Shown in pieces: positions 26,501-38,151 of a DNA stretch of 64,000 nucleotides. The stretch covers positions 24,135,365 through 24,199,364 of the forward strand of contig NC_092678.1 of assembly GCF_964355755.1 (NCBI RefSeq), in the 5' to 3' direction. The notes beneath the pieces were generated by a model that saw nothing but the letters and a program-made list of their open reading frames with translations, ran no database searches and was not told where the DNA came from. The position numbers and the translations under genes were made by a program. How positions within the stretch are numbered: position 1 is the stretch's first letter; each line of letters starts with the position of its first letter. The stretch is from Antedon mediterranea. Its lineage: Eukaryota; Animalia; Echinodermata.

Positions 26501-27747
26501 TAGATAAGAGAGAGTTTGATGATAAGTCCGGAAATGATAGATTGTTTTTAGTGTGTTTGTCACGCCCAGCTCTTGTACCACGCCTGGTTTTTCTTTTTGG
26601 CCTCCTTGGTAATAGGTGGATACTACAGCTACTGGAGTTCAAATTAGACTTAGTTTATAAGCATAATAAATTATAAAATAGTTTATCCATCCTGTAATTG
26701 GCGAGGTACTTGCTGTTGGATGCGTTGAAAAAAAACAAAGACCATAATTACATTGATTGGATCATTTCATTAATCTGTGTCATCTTTAACTATCTGTTAT
26801 TAGGTTGGTATTAAAGAACTTGGTGTACGCAAAAAGATATTAAAATCTTTACATGAAATTCACAAGAAGAAATGGGAGCCTGGTAGCGTTAGGACACCAA
26901 ACAGTAAGATACTCAGGTGAGTAAACCAATGAATATGGTAGTGATGTATCCAAATATGGTAGTGATATGCCCAAATATGGTAGTGATATGACATCATTAT
27001 ATCCATATATGTGCACATCACATTTTTTGTCACATACAGTTTGATAGTAGTGTAGACAGACCCTTAGTCGTGTTATAAATTCGCTTATTTTATGGCATTG
27101 TTAATGTTATTGTTAAATTGTTTGTTTCGCAGCTGTAGAGAATCAATTGATATTTTAGAGAATATCAACAAACACATAAGTTATATATCAAGCACGATCA
27201 ATTACGTTAGACGGAATCTTCAAGATCACAGCTCCCTCGTTAGTGAAAAAGTTGACAATAAGCTGGTAGAGAGACTATCAACTGAGACATCAGATTCATT
27301 AGTAAAGGTCAAAGGTCTTCACACCGAATTGAAACAGCTTAATCGACATGTATCTGAGGTATTTTTACTTGATTACATTTTATTATGATTTAATTAATTT
27401 GAAGATAACAATGTAATTATTATTGTATTTATCTTTATTTCTTTTTTTTTAAATACTTAAAGGTGACTTGTAACACGGACATGGTTGCAGCTGATCTAGT
27501 TGAGGCGCCAGAAAGTAGACGGACACTATGGATGAAGAGAGTTGTACCTTCTGTGCTCACCCTCACAGTTACCATGGCTACAATATGGATGAAACCAAGT
27601 CACTTATCTACTGCCCTCATCACAGCCACCATTGTTGGACTGCGGCCTCCTCCATTAATTTCAGCAGGGGTGGTCAGTTGGTTCTTTTATTGGACAACAC
27701 AAACAGAGCCTTTGACTGTTGACTGGCTCACTAGTAGGTTTTCATAA
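17540..27747 (+). CDS. ASZ1: Ankyrin repeat, SAM and basic leucine zipper protein 1 (GASZ; piRNA pathway)
   Basis: Acidic N-terminus MAAYMNAIPAGDEDFDFDDDG. Ankyrin exons (GWTLLMYSA, FTPLMAAC, MTSLMFAA, RWTALCYAA), SAM exon YGDLELFLFGMNLGHL, helical exon 27133-27358 and hydrophobic C-terminal exon 27463-27747. Lies next to WNT2 as in vertebrates. Confidence 0.92.
18330..18600 (+). mobile_element. tRNA-derived SINE
   Basis: A-box-like GTGGCCAAGTGGTTAAG and B-box-like GTTCAAG, then body ctcggataagg..gtaggtccagtgtacac..gagacgagta and an A-rich end. A possibly related fragment lies on the - strand near 3925-3990. Confidence 0.65.
19772..19863. mobile_element. Miniature inverted-repeat element
   Basis: ~28-bp imperfect arms tagtaaagtttggtttgcggtacacca / tggtgtaccggaaacctaactttacca. 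Confidence 0.6.
20318..22921. repeat. 62-bp minisatellite, ~42 copies, derived from an ASZ1 exon end plus its donor
   Basis: Unit aagatgagaaacagtatagacgcagctgatggaacagataaaat|gtaagaaaatagtagata. The first unit is the coding end of the exon starting at 20276. Confidence 0.97.
23560..26638 (-). mobile_element. L2/CR1-group LINE, 5'-truncated, ORF2 (APE endonuclease + reverse transcriptase) broken by one frameshift; antisense in an ASZ1 intron
   Basis: EN motifs SETW, GDFN, LDL and SDH (ORF 25392-26642). RT motifs YRPVSNL, LDLSAAFDTVDH, GVPQGS and YADD (ORF 23633-25447). 3' tail ggcgctatataag...(tta)n. Possible TSD tcaaatta at 23552 and 26639. Confidence 0.93.
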
Positions 27748-30602
27748 TAAAGTGATTTATATTTTTCTATAATAACTTTGTTTCTAATGAACGTTTAGTT
27801 GTCAATTATGGTATAATAAAGATAAAAGCGTGGATATTCGGTAAATATTTGCATAAATGCAGCGGATGGACTTGGCTGTTTCTTTTCTCTGTTTTACCTG
27901 AAGCTTGGTCCTAGATTGTATGCTGTGTTGGATTTTTTTGCTTCACAATTATTGTTTACATTAAAGAAATGTTTCTTTTTGGTGGTTTGCATAAAAAATA
28001 TAACAACTATTTATTGAAAACCTGGTTTAGCACTTTTCAATATCACAGATATGGAGGCAAACATTCATCACATTTTACAACCAGCTGCATTTTTTATTAT
28101 CACGCTTTTCATATATTATTATTATCTCATATTTCAGTTTATTCACGACGTAATCAACCCAAATAAGGAAGTATTTTGTGTGTTTATTTGCAGCAATAAT
28201 ATAAACTATTGTGACTGTGAATTGAATATATCTTGCCATCAATAAAGTGTATTGTAGTTTTATTCATTGCAATACTAAACTAGATTCTAATTTATTTTGC
28301 ACAAGATTTTTATATCGTCACTTTTATAAGCAGCTAAATATTTCTTTCAATTTTTTCGCATTACGTCATAAGTCACTGACGCGAATATTCTACCAATAAA
28401 AACGTTTTACGTCGGATTTTTGCATATTAAGTAATAAAAACAATCGGACAATACTAAAATATTAACTTAACATTGAATATATATTGGAAATTGTTTCCCG
28501 AACGTTTGTTATTTTTCCCAGTAATTTAGCCCTTTTTGTTTTGAATCGATAAATAAAAAAAAAAACTTTTAGTGTGCAAATATCTAAAACTAGTACCTAG
28601 TATTCAGTCTTGCAGCCAAAATTTGAAAGTATGTTTATAATTCGTTGCAACGGTACCATAATACTCAGCAGGCCTACTACAGTAGTTAAGATTGAAACAC
28701 CAAATGAATTTGGTCCAGATGCAATTCACGGACTAAGTAAAAGAATTATGTAGGCCTAAGATCAAAGAAAATGTTTCACTTTAAAGAGTTAAAACTGTTG
28801 GTAATGTCCTTTTGATCTGTCGGTCTTTCTTCGTACTGTTTGGGCGTTTCTTTGGAGTTTGTGTCGGTGAAACTTTTAAATTTAAATGCGAGATACTGTG
28901 AACAAATTGCGTTTTATTATGTAACAAAAGGCCATATGATCTATTGTGATTGGCAATGATAAAAAGCTAGGCCAATTAAATAGAGATGATTGTCGCATTA
29001 GTTGCTTTTATAGCGCTATCTTTGAAGGTATTAATTCATTGTGATCAAAATACCAAGGCGGCTTAGCTGGCGATTTTGCTGATCCAATTTCAGCGTGTTA
29101 TTTGTTCTTTGTCGTGTGTTTCCTCGACTGATTGTTTAAGGATAATGACATAAGTATCAGGTACTTAGTGATTGCTCATTTTAAGCATGCAGCAGCAACT
29201 ATGTTGTAAGAACATTGTCATGGTCAAATTCTTGATCAATATTATTAAATGTTTTTCTTCATAATTTTGCAAACTAAATGGTGTTATAGCCGTGTGTTTC
29301 TGGAAAGAAAACACAAAGATAATTAAAAAGGAAATCATTAAATCTTTTTCCTTTATTTTAAACAGTAACATGAATAAAAGGTCGAATGTAAACATTATTT
29401 AATATAATTCATACAATTAAAGGTAAAAAAGAAATAATTTCGTTAATTTAAACCATGGGAAGTATAATAAATACTTAACACAAAATAAACATTGTCGAAA
29501 CTAGACTGATGCAATGCGAAATTGATGAAGTACGTCAGAGACCTACATACATACATAAATGAGTGAAAATGACGGATGATGTTATTGAGACTGTACTTAA
29601 AAGTTTACGAATGGTTTGAGAAAGAAAACATCGATGGATGTTGCTGTCATTTAATAACCATGGTTACCTATCATCTATTGATGAAGTTTGGACCGTCAGG
29701 AGAATGCCATCAATGTTTAGGCTAGAGAGAAATGAACTCCGCATGAATAGAACGTGGTGATAGATTGAGCGCCTCTGAATCACCCAAGCGTAACGAAAAC
29801 ATTTATAATATTATACGTGCGCGTACATACTATGATAATAATGTCGTACGCGCGCGTCACATTCGTGTTACCAATATAATAAGGAAATTATCGTTAAAAC
29901 GAGAGTTTCAGTGTTTATGCGTTAGACATGAACTATCTGTGAACGCAAAGGAGGTGTTGACGGATTGAGGGTAACCATTTGAACACGTAGAGAGTTTGCT
30001 GACGGATTAATGATTAGGGATAAACTCGTAGCAGACGGAAAGGTGAAGTAATAGAAAGTTTGTAAACAAAGTTGATACAAATTGTCGCGATGATTAACGT
30101 ACTCGGTAAGTGGATAAAAAATAAAATCTTATTTTGAAAACAAGTTTTTATTTAGAACGCGGTTTTGCTTGTTTTTTTTTTAGACTTGGCCAATGTCCTA
30201 AGTTTTAACAACTTTTATGCAACTTTAGATGACTCGTCTCCCACCAACAGAGTTTTACTTTTTTTTTTAATATATATTTTTAGTTTTAAGGCCTTGATTT
30301 AAATTATTCCGAAATACTTCTTATTTAGTTAAGAAGTAAAGTCAATTTTCCTGATTCTAATTGGCACTCGTGTTGTTGATAGGATGTGCAGGGGTAGGCC
30401 CAAATACTCAGAAACGGTGCCTTTAGATACATAAGCAGCCAATGACAGCTTCAAGTGGTGTGACGTAATGAGTCTTATTTGCTTCTTAGTAAGGTGTCAT
30501 TGGACAGAGTTATTTAGTAGTCCAACCATACCCGTGTTCTGTGGAAAATATCGTATAGGAATTATATATACTTTTATTATTTACTTTGGATATAGGATCA
30601 TA

Positions 30603-33600
30603 ATGGAATTTATAAGGATATTTTTAACATTTTCTTTGATAGTGTTTACGCTTCCGTCTGAGACAGCATCGATGTGGTGGTAAGTAGGCCTAGTACTTAA
30701 AATCTTTTTTCTCCTTAGGCCTAATCTTAAATTTATAGAAACATTGGCAATAAGGTTGTAATATTGAGAGGTTTTTGGTTAAAAAAGTAAAAAGTTTTGG
30801 GGTTTTTTTACAAATCGCTTGCATGTTCTTCGTAAACTGTTCGTCCTAATTTTCTATTTTGCTTCAGTTATAAGTTGTTAAAGATCTATAAACACATCCC
30901 GTAGTAACATAGGCTATGTAAATAGAGCAGGTTAGGAGTGGTCGATCGAATTCATTCATCTACAATCATTCATTAAACTCTTCAATTTATTCATGGGCTT
31001 GTTAAAAATTGGAAACGTGTAATTTATTATTGACTTTAATTGTTTGCAAATATTTTACCAAAACTCGTTTATGCCGCAACAAACAAAACAAAACAAACAA
31101 CCTTTTCATAAATATTGCGCACTCCAAAATTAATATAGGTTTATTTGATAGAAAGTTCACGAAAAGAGACACGCATTTAAAGTAGTGCAAACAACCGACC
31201 TTACACGCAGTTGAACGTGCGCACTGCGCACTGATATCGTGTTTCTAGTACTGTACGTATTTTTATGAATGATCATACGTACCTACACGTCCCTATGTGC
31301 ACATTATGTTACGTTGTCTGGTTTTAAAGTCGTGTTGTTTTCAGTAGTGTTCAAGTACCATACCTTTCAATCATCTCTTAATTGTAGAAGTTCAGAACAT
31401 TAGAAACTGAAGAATGACATTCTCATAACATGGACCACATAGAAAGTGTCTGATCATTCTTACATCAATATGTCACTTTATATGGCTATTGTCACTCGTC
31501 ATTGTGACAAGTTTAAATTACCAACAAGGATCGTGTGCTTGTTGATATCAGTCAAATATCATGTGGTTAGGTATTTAATGATATTTTTTATCAACTCTAA
31601 AGCTCTGTCTACATTTTCAAACTAGTTTGACAAAAATGTGTGAGGTGCCTAAACATGGTAGTGATATACCCAAATATGGTAGTGATGACATCATCATGTC
31701 CTTATATGGGCACATCACATTTTGTGTGTCACATAAAGTTTGATAGTGTGAGACAGAGCCCTAGGCCCTTATAATTATTTTATATTAAAACCAATGGTAC
31801 TTTTTACAATAAAAATTAACTTTGAAATTGCGATACAAGTTGAGAAGTTTCAATATTGCGTAACAACTCGTTGCTTTTGCTTCTTCAGTCTTCGTTTATT
31901 ATTGTTACTTTAGCCTGTTTATTCCTTGCCTTATCTTGATGAAAACATTAAATTATCCTTTAAATTATTCTCATAATCAAGATAAGACAATTTTGGTTAA
32001 AATAAAAGTACCGCCGCATCCAATGACGGATGGTGTTACCTCCTGAGGAGCAAGGTGTGTCGACCCAGTTTATTGTTTGTTTTCTGTAAGTATCCACTAA
32101 GCACGAACAAAGCACCACAAATCATTCTAATGATGCTTGTAACTCATTTGAAGAAAAATGTATTTATTTGAAAAGATCATTTATGAGATTGACCCCAATT
32201 AATTCTTAAACCTTTTTTTACCGATACTCTATAATATATTGCATTGATATCGCTGTCAGTGGCATCAGAACTTGTACGCGCGCATCCAAATACTGGTGAT
32301 ATGGGAAGGATTTTACGCTCGTTAATTCTGATGTGTTTCTAAAACATTGTTTTTAAAAATTATGAACTATTAAATATATAATATTATTTATTATATTTTA
32401 GGTATGTGGCACAACTAAGCAGCGTCGGCTCTCGAATATTATGTGAAAATATACCAGGCCTTGTTGGAAAACAGAGGCAACTTTGTCGAGCTAACCCAGA
32501 CGTAATGATCAGTCTGGGAGGGGGCGCTAAAGTCGGTGTTGAAGAATGTCAGAACCAATTTGGAAACAGCCGCTGGAACTGTTCAACAATTAATGGAGAT
32601 ACCACGGTCTTTGGAAAAGTCATGTTAAAAAGTAAGAAAAAGAAACAAATGAAACGACATTTTAAATTATTTTATTATCTGCAAATTAATAATGGTAAAA
32701 CAATTCGTTAAATGAATGTAGCTAAATTCAGTTTAAAGTTCAATCATGAACTGTAATCGAGTCGCATCAATGTCTAAAATAACTGTAAACATTTTAGGTT
32801 GTAGTGTAATATTATTTTTCGACCGCTAGCAATACAATTATGATTTTAATATCAATCGAGGTGTATTGTATCTAACCAAACACGCGCTTTGTGGGAGACC
32901 ATACTTTTGCCTGTGGTTACATTTAATATATATTATACCCGCATAACAAAAGCAGTAATCCATCATCCTTTGACAACGTACTTATTGAGCGCTGCGTTGA
33001 ACTAGCTGAACGCGTAATAAAGTTACGCACGTAGTAGACGTTTGAACGCCGAATCCGCACTCAACATGTGTAAGCCTAACTTAGATTAGATAAATTTAAA
33101 GAATATTTTATTTCAACTTAAAAAATATTTTATGCTATATTTGAAAAATCAGCAGTCTAAATGTTTCGTCAAAGACCAATTAAAGAACATCAATTCGTAA
33201 TATGTATATCCTAGATTTCAGCATGCCAACAGGATCTTAACACGCCAGTCTAGGAAAAATAAAAGCCAGATTTGCGATAGCGTATTATTTTACAGTAAAA
33301 ATAAACACTGTGTATATTATACAAACTATATACTATAGGTATAGTGGTGAATGTATCCTTCTTTCTCTAACTAGGTTAGGTTCTACGAGAAGAATTTCTT
33401 ATGAAAACAATATTCTGCTCTGGTGGCAGTCGTGAACTGAAAAATAACAAAAAAACCTATATAATTATTTTTACAAACCATCAATCCCATGGGCTTTCTA
33501 TTGAATGCGATCGACTCGACAAAAATAGGGCAAATATGGCATAGTGTATAAGCGTTTGAAGAATCTTGTTTATACTCTTTGGTACGGTTTTAAAATGTTA

Positions 33601-35367
33601 CAATAGTTGTTTATATTTTAACTGATTAAATCGCTTATAATCCAAGGACCAAAGATTTCAGATGTTGCTGAAACAATTACTGAAATGTTGGCAAAACAAA
33701 AAAAAACAGTTAAAAAGCAATTGATGGCTAAATAAAAGAAAACAAATGAATTCATAGAATATAAACGATATGTATTTAACCCAAGGTAAGCCGCAGTACG
33801 ACCTGGCAAGATCGATGCCAGTTCAGGGCCTAATAAATTGAGTTTTTGTTTCTAGGTTGACGGAGTTACAAATGGTGCAATTGTGATTACTGATATATTT
33901 TAATTAGCATGATCTGTCTTCAAAGATGTTAAACAATGTACCCTTCTGTTTAGATTTAGGCATACATGTCACGTGACTCATCCATCATAGAGAGTCCTTA
34001 AATATAGGCCTAATGCCACCACGACACGAGAAAAATGACGCTGCGCTGCGTCCAATTAACGGTCAAATATTATGTACGCGCGCGTCGACTTTGTGTTTGT
34101 TAGGTTTATGTTGAGTTTTATAGTTATCGTAATTTATAAAATTTAAATTGTATTTTTCAGCCGGTAGCAGGGAAGCGGCCTTTGTCTACTCCATCTCATC
34201 TGCAGGTGTTGTGCATTCAATAACGCGATCATGCAGTAAAGGTGATCTTCTCGACTGCGCATGCGATCCAAGCAAACGAGGAACTGACCAGGATGATTAT
34301 GGAGATTTCGAGTGGGGAGGATGTAGCGACAATGTTGGATATGCATCGGAATTCACTAAACAATTTGTGGATGCAAAAGAAAAGAAACAAAGTGACGCAA
34401 AGGCACTTATGAATATTCATAACAACAGGGCGGGGCGAAGAGTAAGTTTTTACGTCTTCAGATACTTTAGTGGCGGGGTGGGTTCACAGGCTAAGAAAAA
34501 TGGTACTTATGCGCGCGCGTACCGGTGTATTTCATCAGTGTCTCTTCATGGCGATTGTTGACTTACTTTAAGTTGTTGAGCTGGCCTCATTAAATTAAAA
34601 TTGATGAAATTGATATTATGATAATAGTCAATTATTTTTAATCTATGTTTTTTTTTGTCTTCTTCAGGCGGTTTCACGTGCAATGAAGCTCCAGTGTAAA
34701 TGTCATGGAGTCAGTGGTGCTTGTAACATACGAACCTGTTGGTTGGCGATGGCTGAATTTCGTAGAGTTGGTGACATTTTGAAGAGGCGCTATGACAGTG
34801 CCAGTAAAATGGTGATGAACCAAGATAGCGCCGGACTAATAGTTGTCAACAAGAACCATAAGCAGCCGTCAAAGTCCGACTTGATATACTTTGAAAGCTC
34901 TCCTGATTATTGTGTTAAAAGTCAGAAAACAGGTACCGTAAGAAAAAGCAAATATGTTACCGATTATTTTATATTTTTTCGGCCATCTTTTGTTGATTTT
35001 TGATACTTTTTAATATGATTTTATTATTTAAATTTTTATTTCTTCAGGTTCGCTTGGAACAGCAGGCCGCGCATGCAATAAAACATCAAAATCAACTGAC
35101 GGATGTGACATCATGTGTTGTGGGCGTGGTTACGATACTGCACGGGTGACACGCACGTCGAAATGCGAGTGCAAATTTCACTGGTGTTGCTACGTGCGCT
35201 GTAAAGAATGCACAGAAACGGTGGACGTGCATACATGCAAAGCACCAAACGAAGAAAGAACCAACACACATATTCACAGAAGAGCACAAGACAAGAAAAA
35301 GAAACATAAAAATGACGATGAAGACAATTTAGACAACGTATTACGAACAATCAATGCATCTTTATAA
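30603..35367 (+). CDS. WNT2: Wnt-2 ligand (5 coding exons)
   Basis: Exons ~30603-30679 (signal peptide ending SMWW), 32402-32631, 34161-34441, 34668-34932, 35048-35367. Motifs: [34 protein letters not shown] (lipidated Ser), CCGRGY, and the WNT2-typical DVHTCKAP end. Confidence 0.93.
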
Positions 35368-36029
35368 TATATAAATAGGAATATAAAAGAACTATATTTA
35401 CGATCAAATATAAATAGGGTGGTGTATTGTTTTAACCCCGGCTTCTTTTGTACTTTTTTACGACCAGCAGAGAAGGCTAAAAAATGTTAACACGAAAAGT
35501 CGACGCGCGCGTAACGCGTACATGTCTTCTTATCCTTTGAACGCCGCTTCTGAAGCTCGTGTCTTCTAACTATACAGGCCTAGTCAATCGTTTGTACTAA
35601 TTGAATTGAATTTCAAAATATTTTATCATTGTCTTACAATAAAGTATAAAGCCTACCAAAATACACATTTTTTGTCGATCAGGATTCAAATCCTATGTTA
35701 TTAATTGCCGACTGCTGGACGAACTGTTAAAAAAAATGTTCTTTCTTTTTGTTCTTTTAATTAAACATCTGTCTTAAAAATATAATGTTAGTAAGCCAAT
35801 GACATTTTTTTGTAGTGTATATAAGAAAATAAAACAAAATTTGTAAAAATGAATATGCTTATTCGATTAATTATTTCATTACAATTTCCTACTATTAATC
35901 TCTAACGTACAGCAACATACCAATCGAACACACCTATGCATTATGTAATTGCACGCTTCAATGAACACGCGGTGACCTTTTGTGCCGTGGAAGCGATTAT
36001 TCGCTTATTAACTGCTTGTTCATTCATGT

Positions 36030-36132
36030 GCCGAAATAGCTCAGTTGGGAGAGCGTTAGACTGAAGATCTAAAGGTCCCTGGTTCAATTCCGGAGAACCT
36101 ACTATGGTTCTGAATATTCCCGGGTTTCGGCA
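36030..36132 (+). tRNA. tRNA-Phe(GAA) gene with a 30-nt hairpin insertion in the T-arm (variant or pseudogene)
   Basis: GCCGAAATAGCTCAGTTGGGAGAGCGTTAGACTGAAGATCTAAAGGTCCCTGGTTCAATTC[CGGAGAACCTACTATGGTTCTGAATATTCC]CGGGTTTCGGCA. Removing 36091-36120 restores a canonical 73-nt tRNA-Phe. Confidence 0.9.
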
Positions 36133-36136
36133 CTTC

Positions 36137-36144
36137 TTTTTTTT
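36137..36144 (+). terminator. Pol III oligo-dT terminator
   Basis: T8 run directly downstream of the tRNA 3' end. Confidence 0.7.
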
Positions 36145-38151
36145 CTTTCATGTTTAAAATATTTTTTTTAGATTCATTTATTCCAGTGTTTACTTTTACT
36201 TTTTTGTAACTAATGTTTTTTTTAAAAAATAAATTATTACAGTTTATTTTTTAAATATTTTTATTTCATAATCATATGAATATATTGTACACTAAAGTGA
36301 CTAAATCGAATCAATTCTATATATTTGTATTTCTGTGAATTATTATTCATTATTTATAACTCTATAAACAGAGAAGAAAGAAGAATTTTAAAACAAATGC
36401 CATTTATTTTATTTAGCAATCAAACTTATCAGTTACAACAATAAATAGTCAATTCACAACACGCAAGTATACAGCAATTCCAAATTCTTACAATTTCCTT
36501 TTTTCTTATTTATTTCTTTTATATTAATCTTCCTTGTTTTATTTTGGATATAAATAGTTATATATCCACAAGGAATAATTTCGCCAGTGTAGCATAGCAA
36601 AAAGCTATACAAAATAACCTTCTTGCTACACATTTCTACAATTGTGTAGCAAAAAATACGATAGAAAACTATGATTCTCGACTAAAAAATCAGTTTGATT
36701 CGCAATATTGCTAAACAAAATTTTAAAATGAAATTTTTCCCTGATCCATATTATTTTAGTGTTTATTCTCATTTTGTTTAATTCCATTTTGTTTTATTAC
36801 ATTTAAATTTAGTGTTGGAGAAGTTTTACATTCTTATATAAAATGTCATAAAACTGATTCATCATTTCAAGTCCTACAAAAATACATAAAAAATAGCAAT
36901 AAATATGTCTAAAAAATTCAACAAATTTTATAAATTAAAAATGAGTTAAAAAGTGTTGAAAGCACCGAAATTATACTTTTGTCACTTTAATTTAAAAATA
37001 AAAAAATAATAATTCACTTTAACTTTATCAGTACTCTTCCTCCAGATAGTATGTGTAAGTACATTACTGTTAAAATTAATTAAATGTTTTAAAAACAAAT
37101 GAATTTATAATACTAATGTAAGAGCACTTGCATAGAACTTAAAAGTACACGTAAATAGGTTAGAGTTTGAGATAACAACACATTTCAAAGTACAGTATAA
37201 CCAGGCTTAATCTACAGTAAACAAACAGTGTACTTGACTACAGCATCTATACTTAAAATAGTTACACTTTACAAGTCCCTTTACACTAAGTAAAGCCTTG
37301 TCTACACTATCAAACTTTATGTGTCAAAAAAGTTTGATGTGCCCATATATGGTAGTTCTATGCTTAAAAATGGTAGTGATATGACATCATCATGTCCATA
37401 TATGAGCACATCACATTTTTTTGACACATAAAGTTTGATAGTGTAGACAAAGCTTAACAGTACTAAAATTAATTACTAAATTTAAGTTAAAACAGTTGGT
37501 AGTACACTAACATTTATGCTCCAACAGGCACAGTTTAGAAATTTATCAAAAAAAGTTAATGAATACAAAAATATAATATGACCAATATTTTAAAATACTT
37601 AGTATAGAAAATATATTACAAATAACTTAAGTAAAAAAAACAACAAATGAGCAAACACCATGAATTGAAAGCCTTTTTTGGAAAATTGTATCCAGGTCAA
37701 AAGGTTACAAGTATTAAGATTTGATTGGTTGCCCTTGACCATGTAATCTGAATCAAATACGTTCTTAAAATTTCTTTTAACGATAAAATTGTTAATTAAA
37801 GCTCTGTCTACACTATCAAACTTTATTTATATGTGCCCATATATTGACATGATGATGTCATATCACTACCATATTTGAGAATGTCACTACCATATTTGAG
37901 AATGTCACGACCATATTTGGGCACATTTCTAATTGTATTTTGATATTTATTAGTAGAGTATAGGGTTCAAAGTAAGTAACATTTATTTTCTTCAAAATAA
38001 AACAGTCAACAAAATGGTGTAAAGAAAGGTAATATGATTGAAGAAGGCATGATCAAAAAAGCAAAAAGCTTGTGACAGACATGCCTAAACAAAGATTAGA
38101 TAAAAACAACACGGAAAAAGAAAATAAATAAGGGTATATAATTGTATTAAG

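Noticed and set aside
28759-29050. TCF/LEF-like sites upstream of WNT2 (AGATCAAAG, CTTTGAAG)
   Set aside because: Only two clean short matches in AT-rich DNA; not distinguishable from chance without conservation data.
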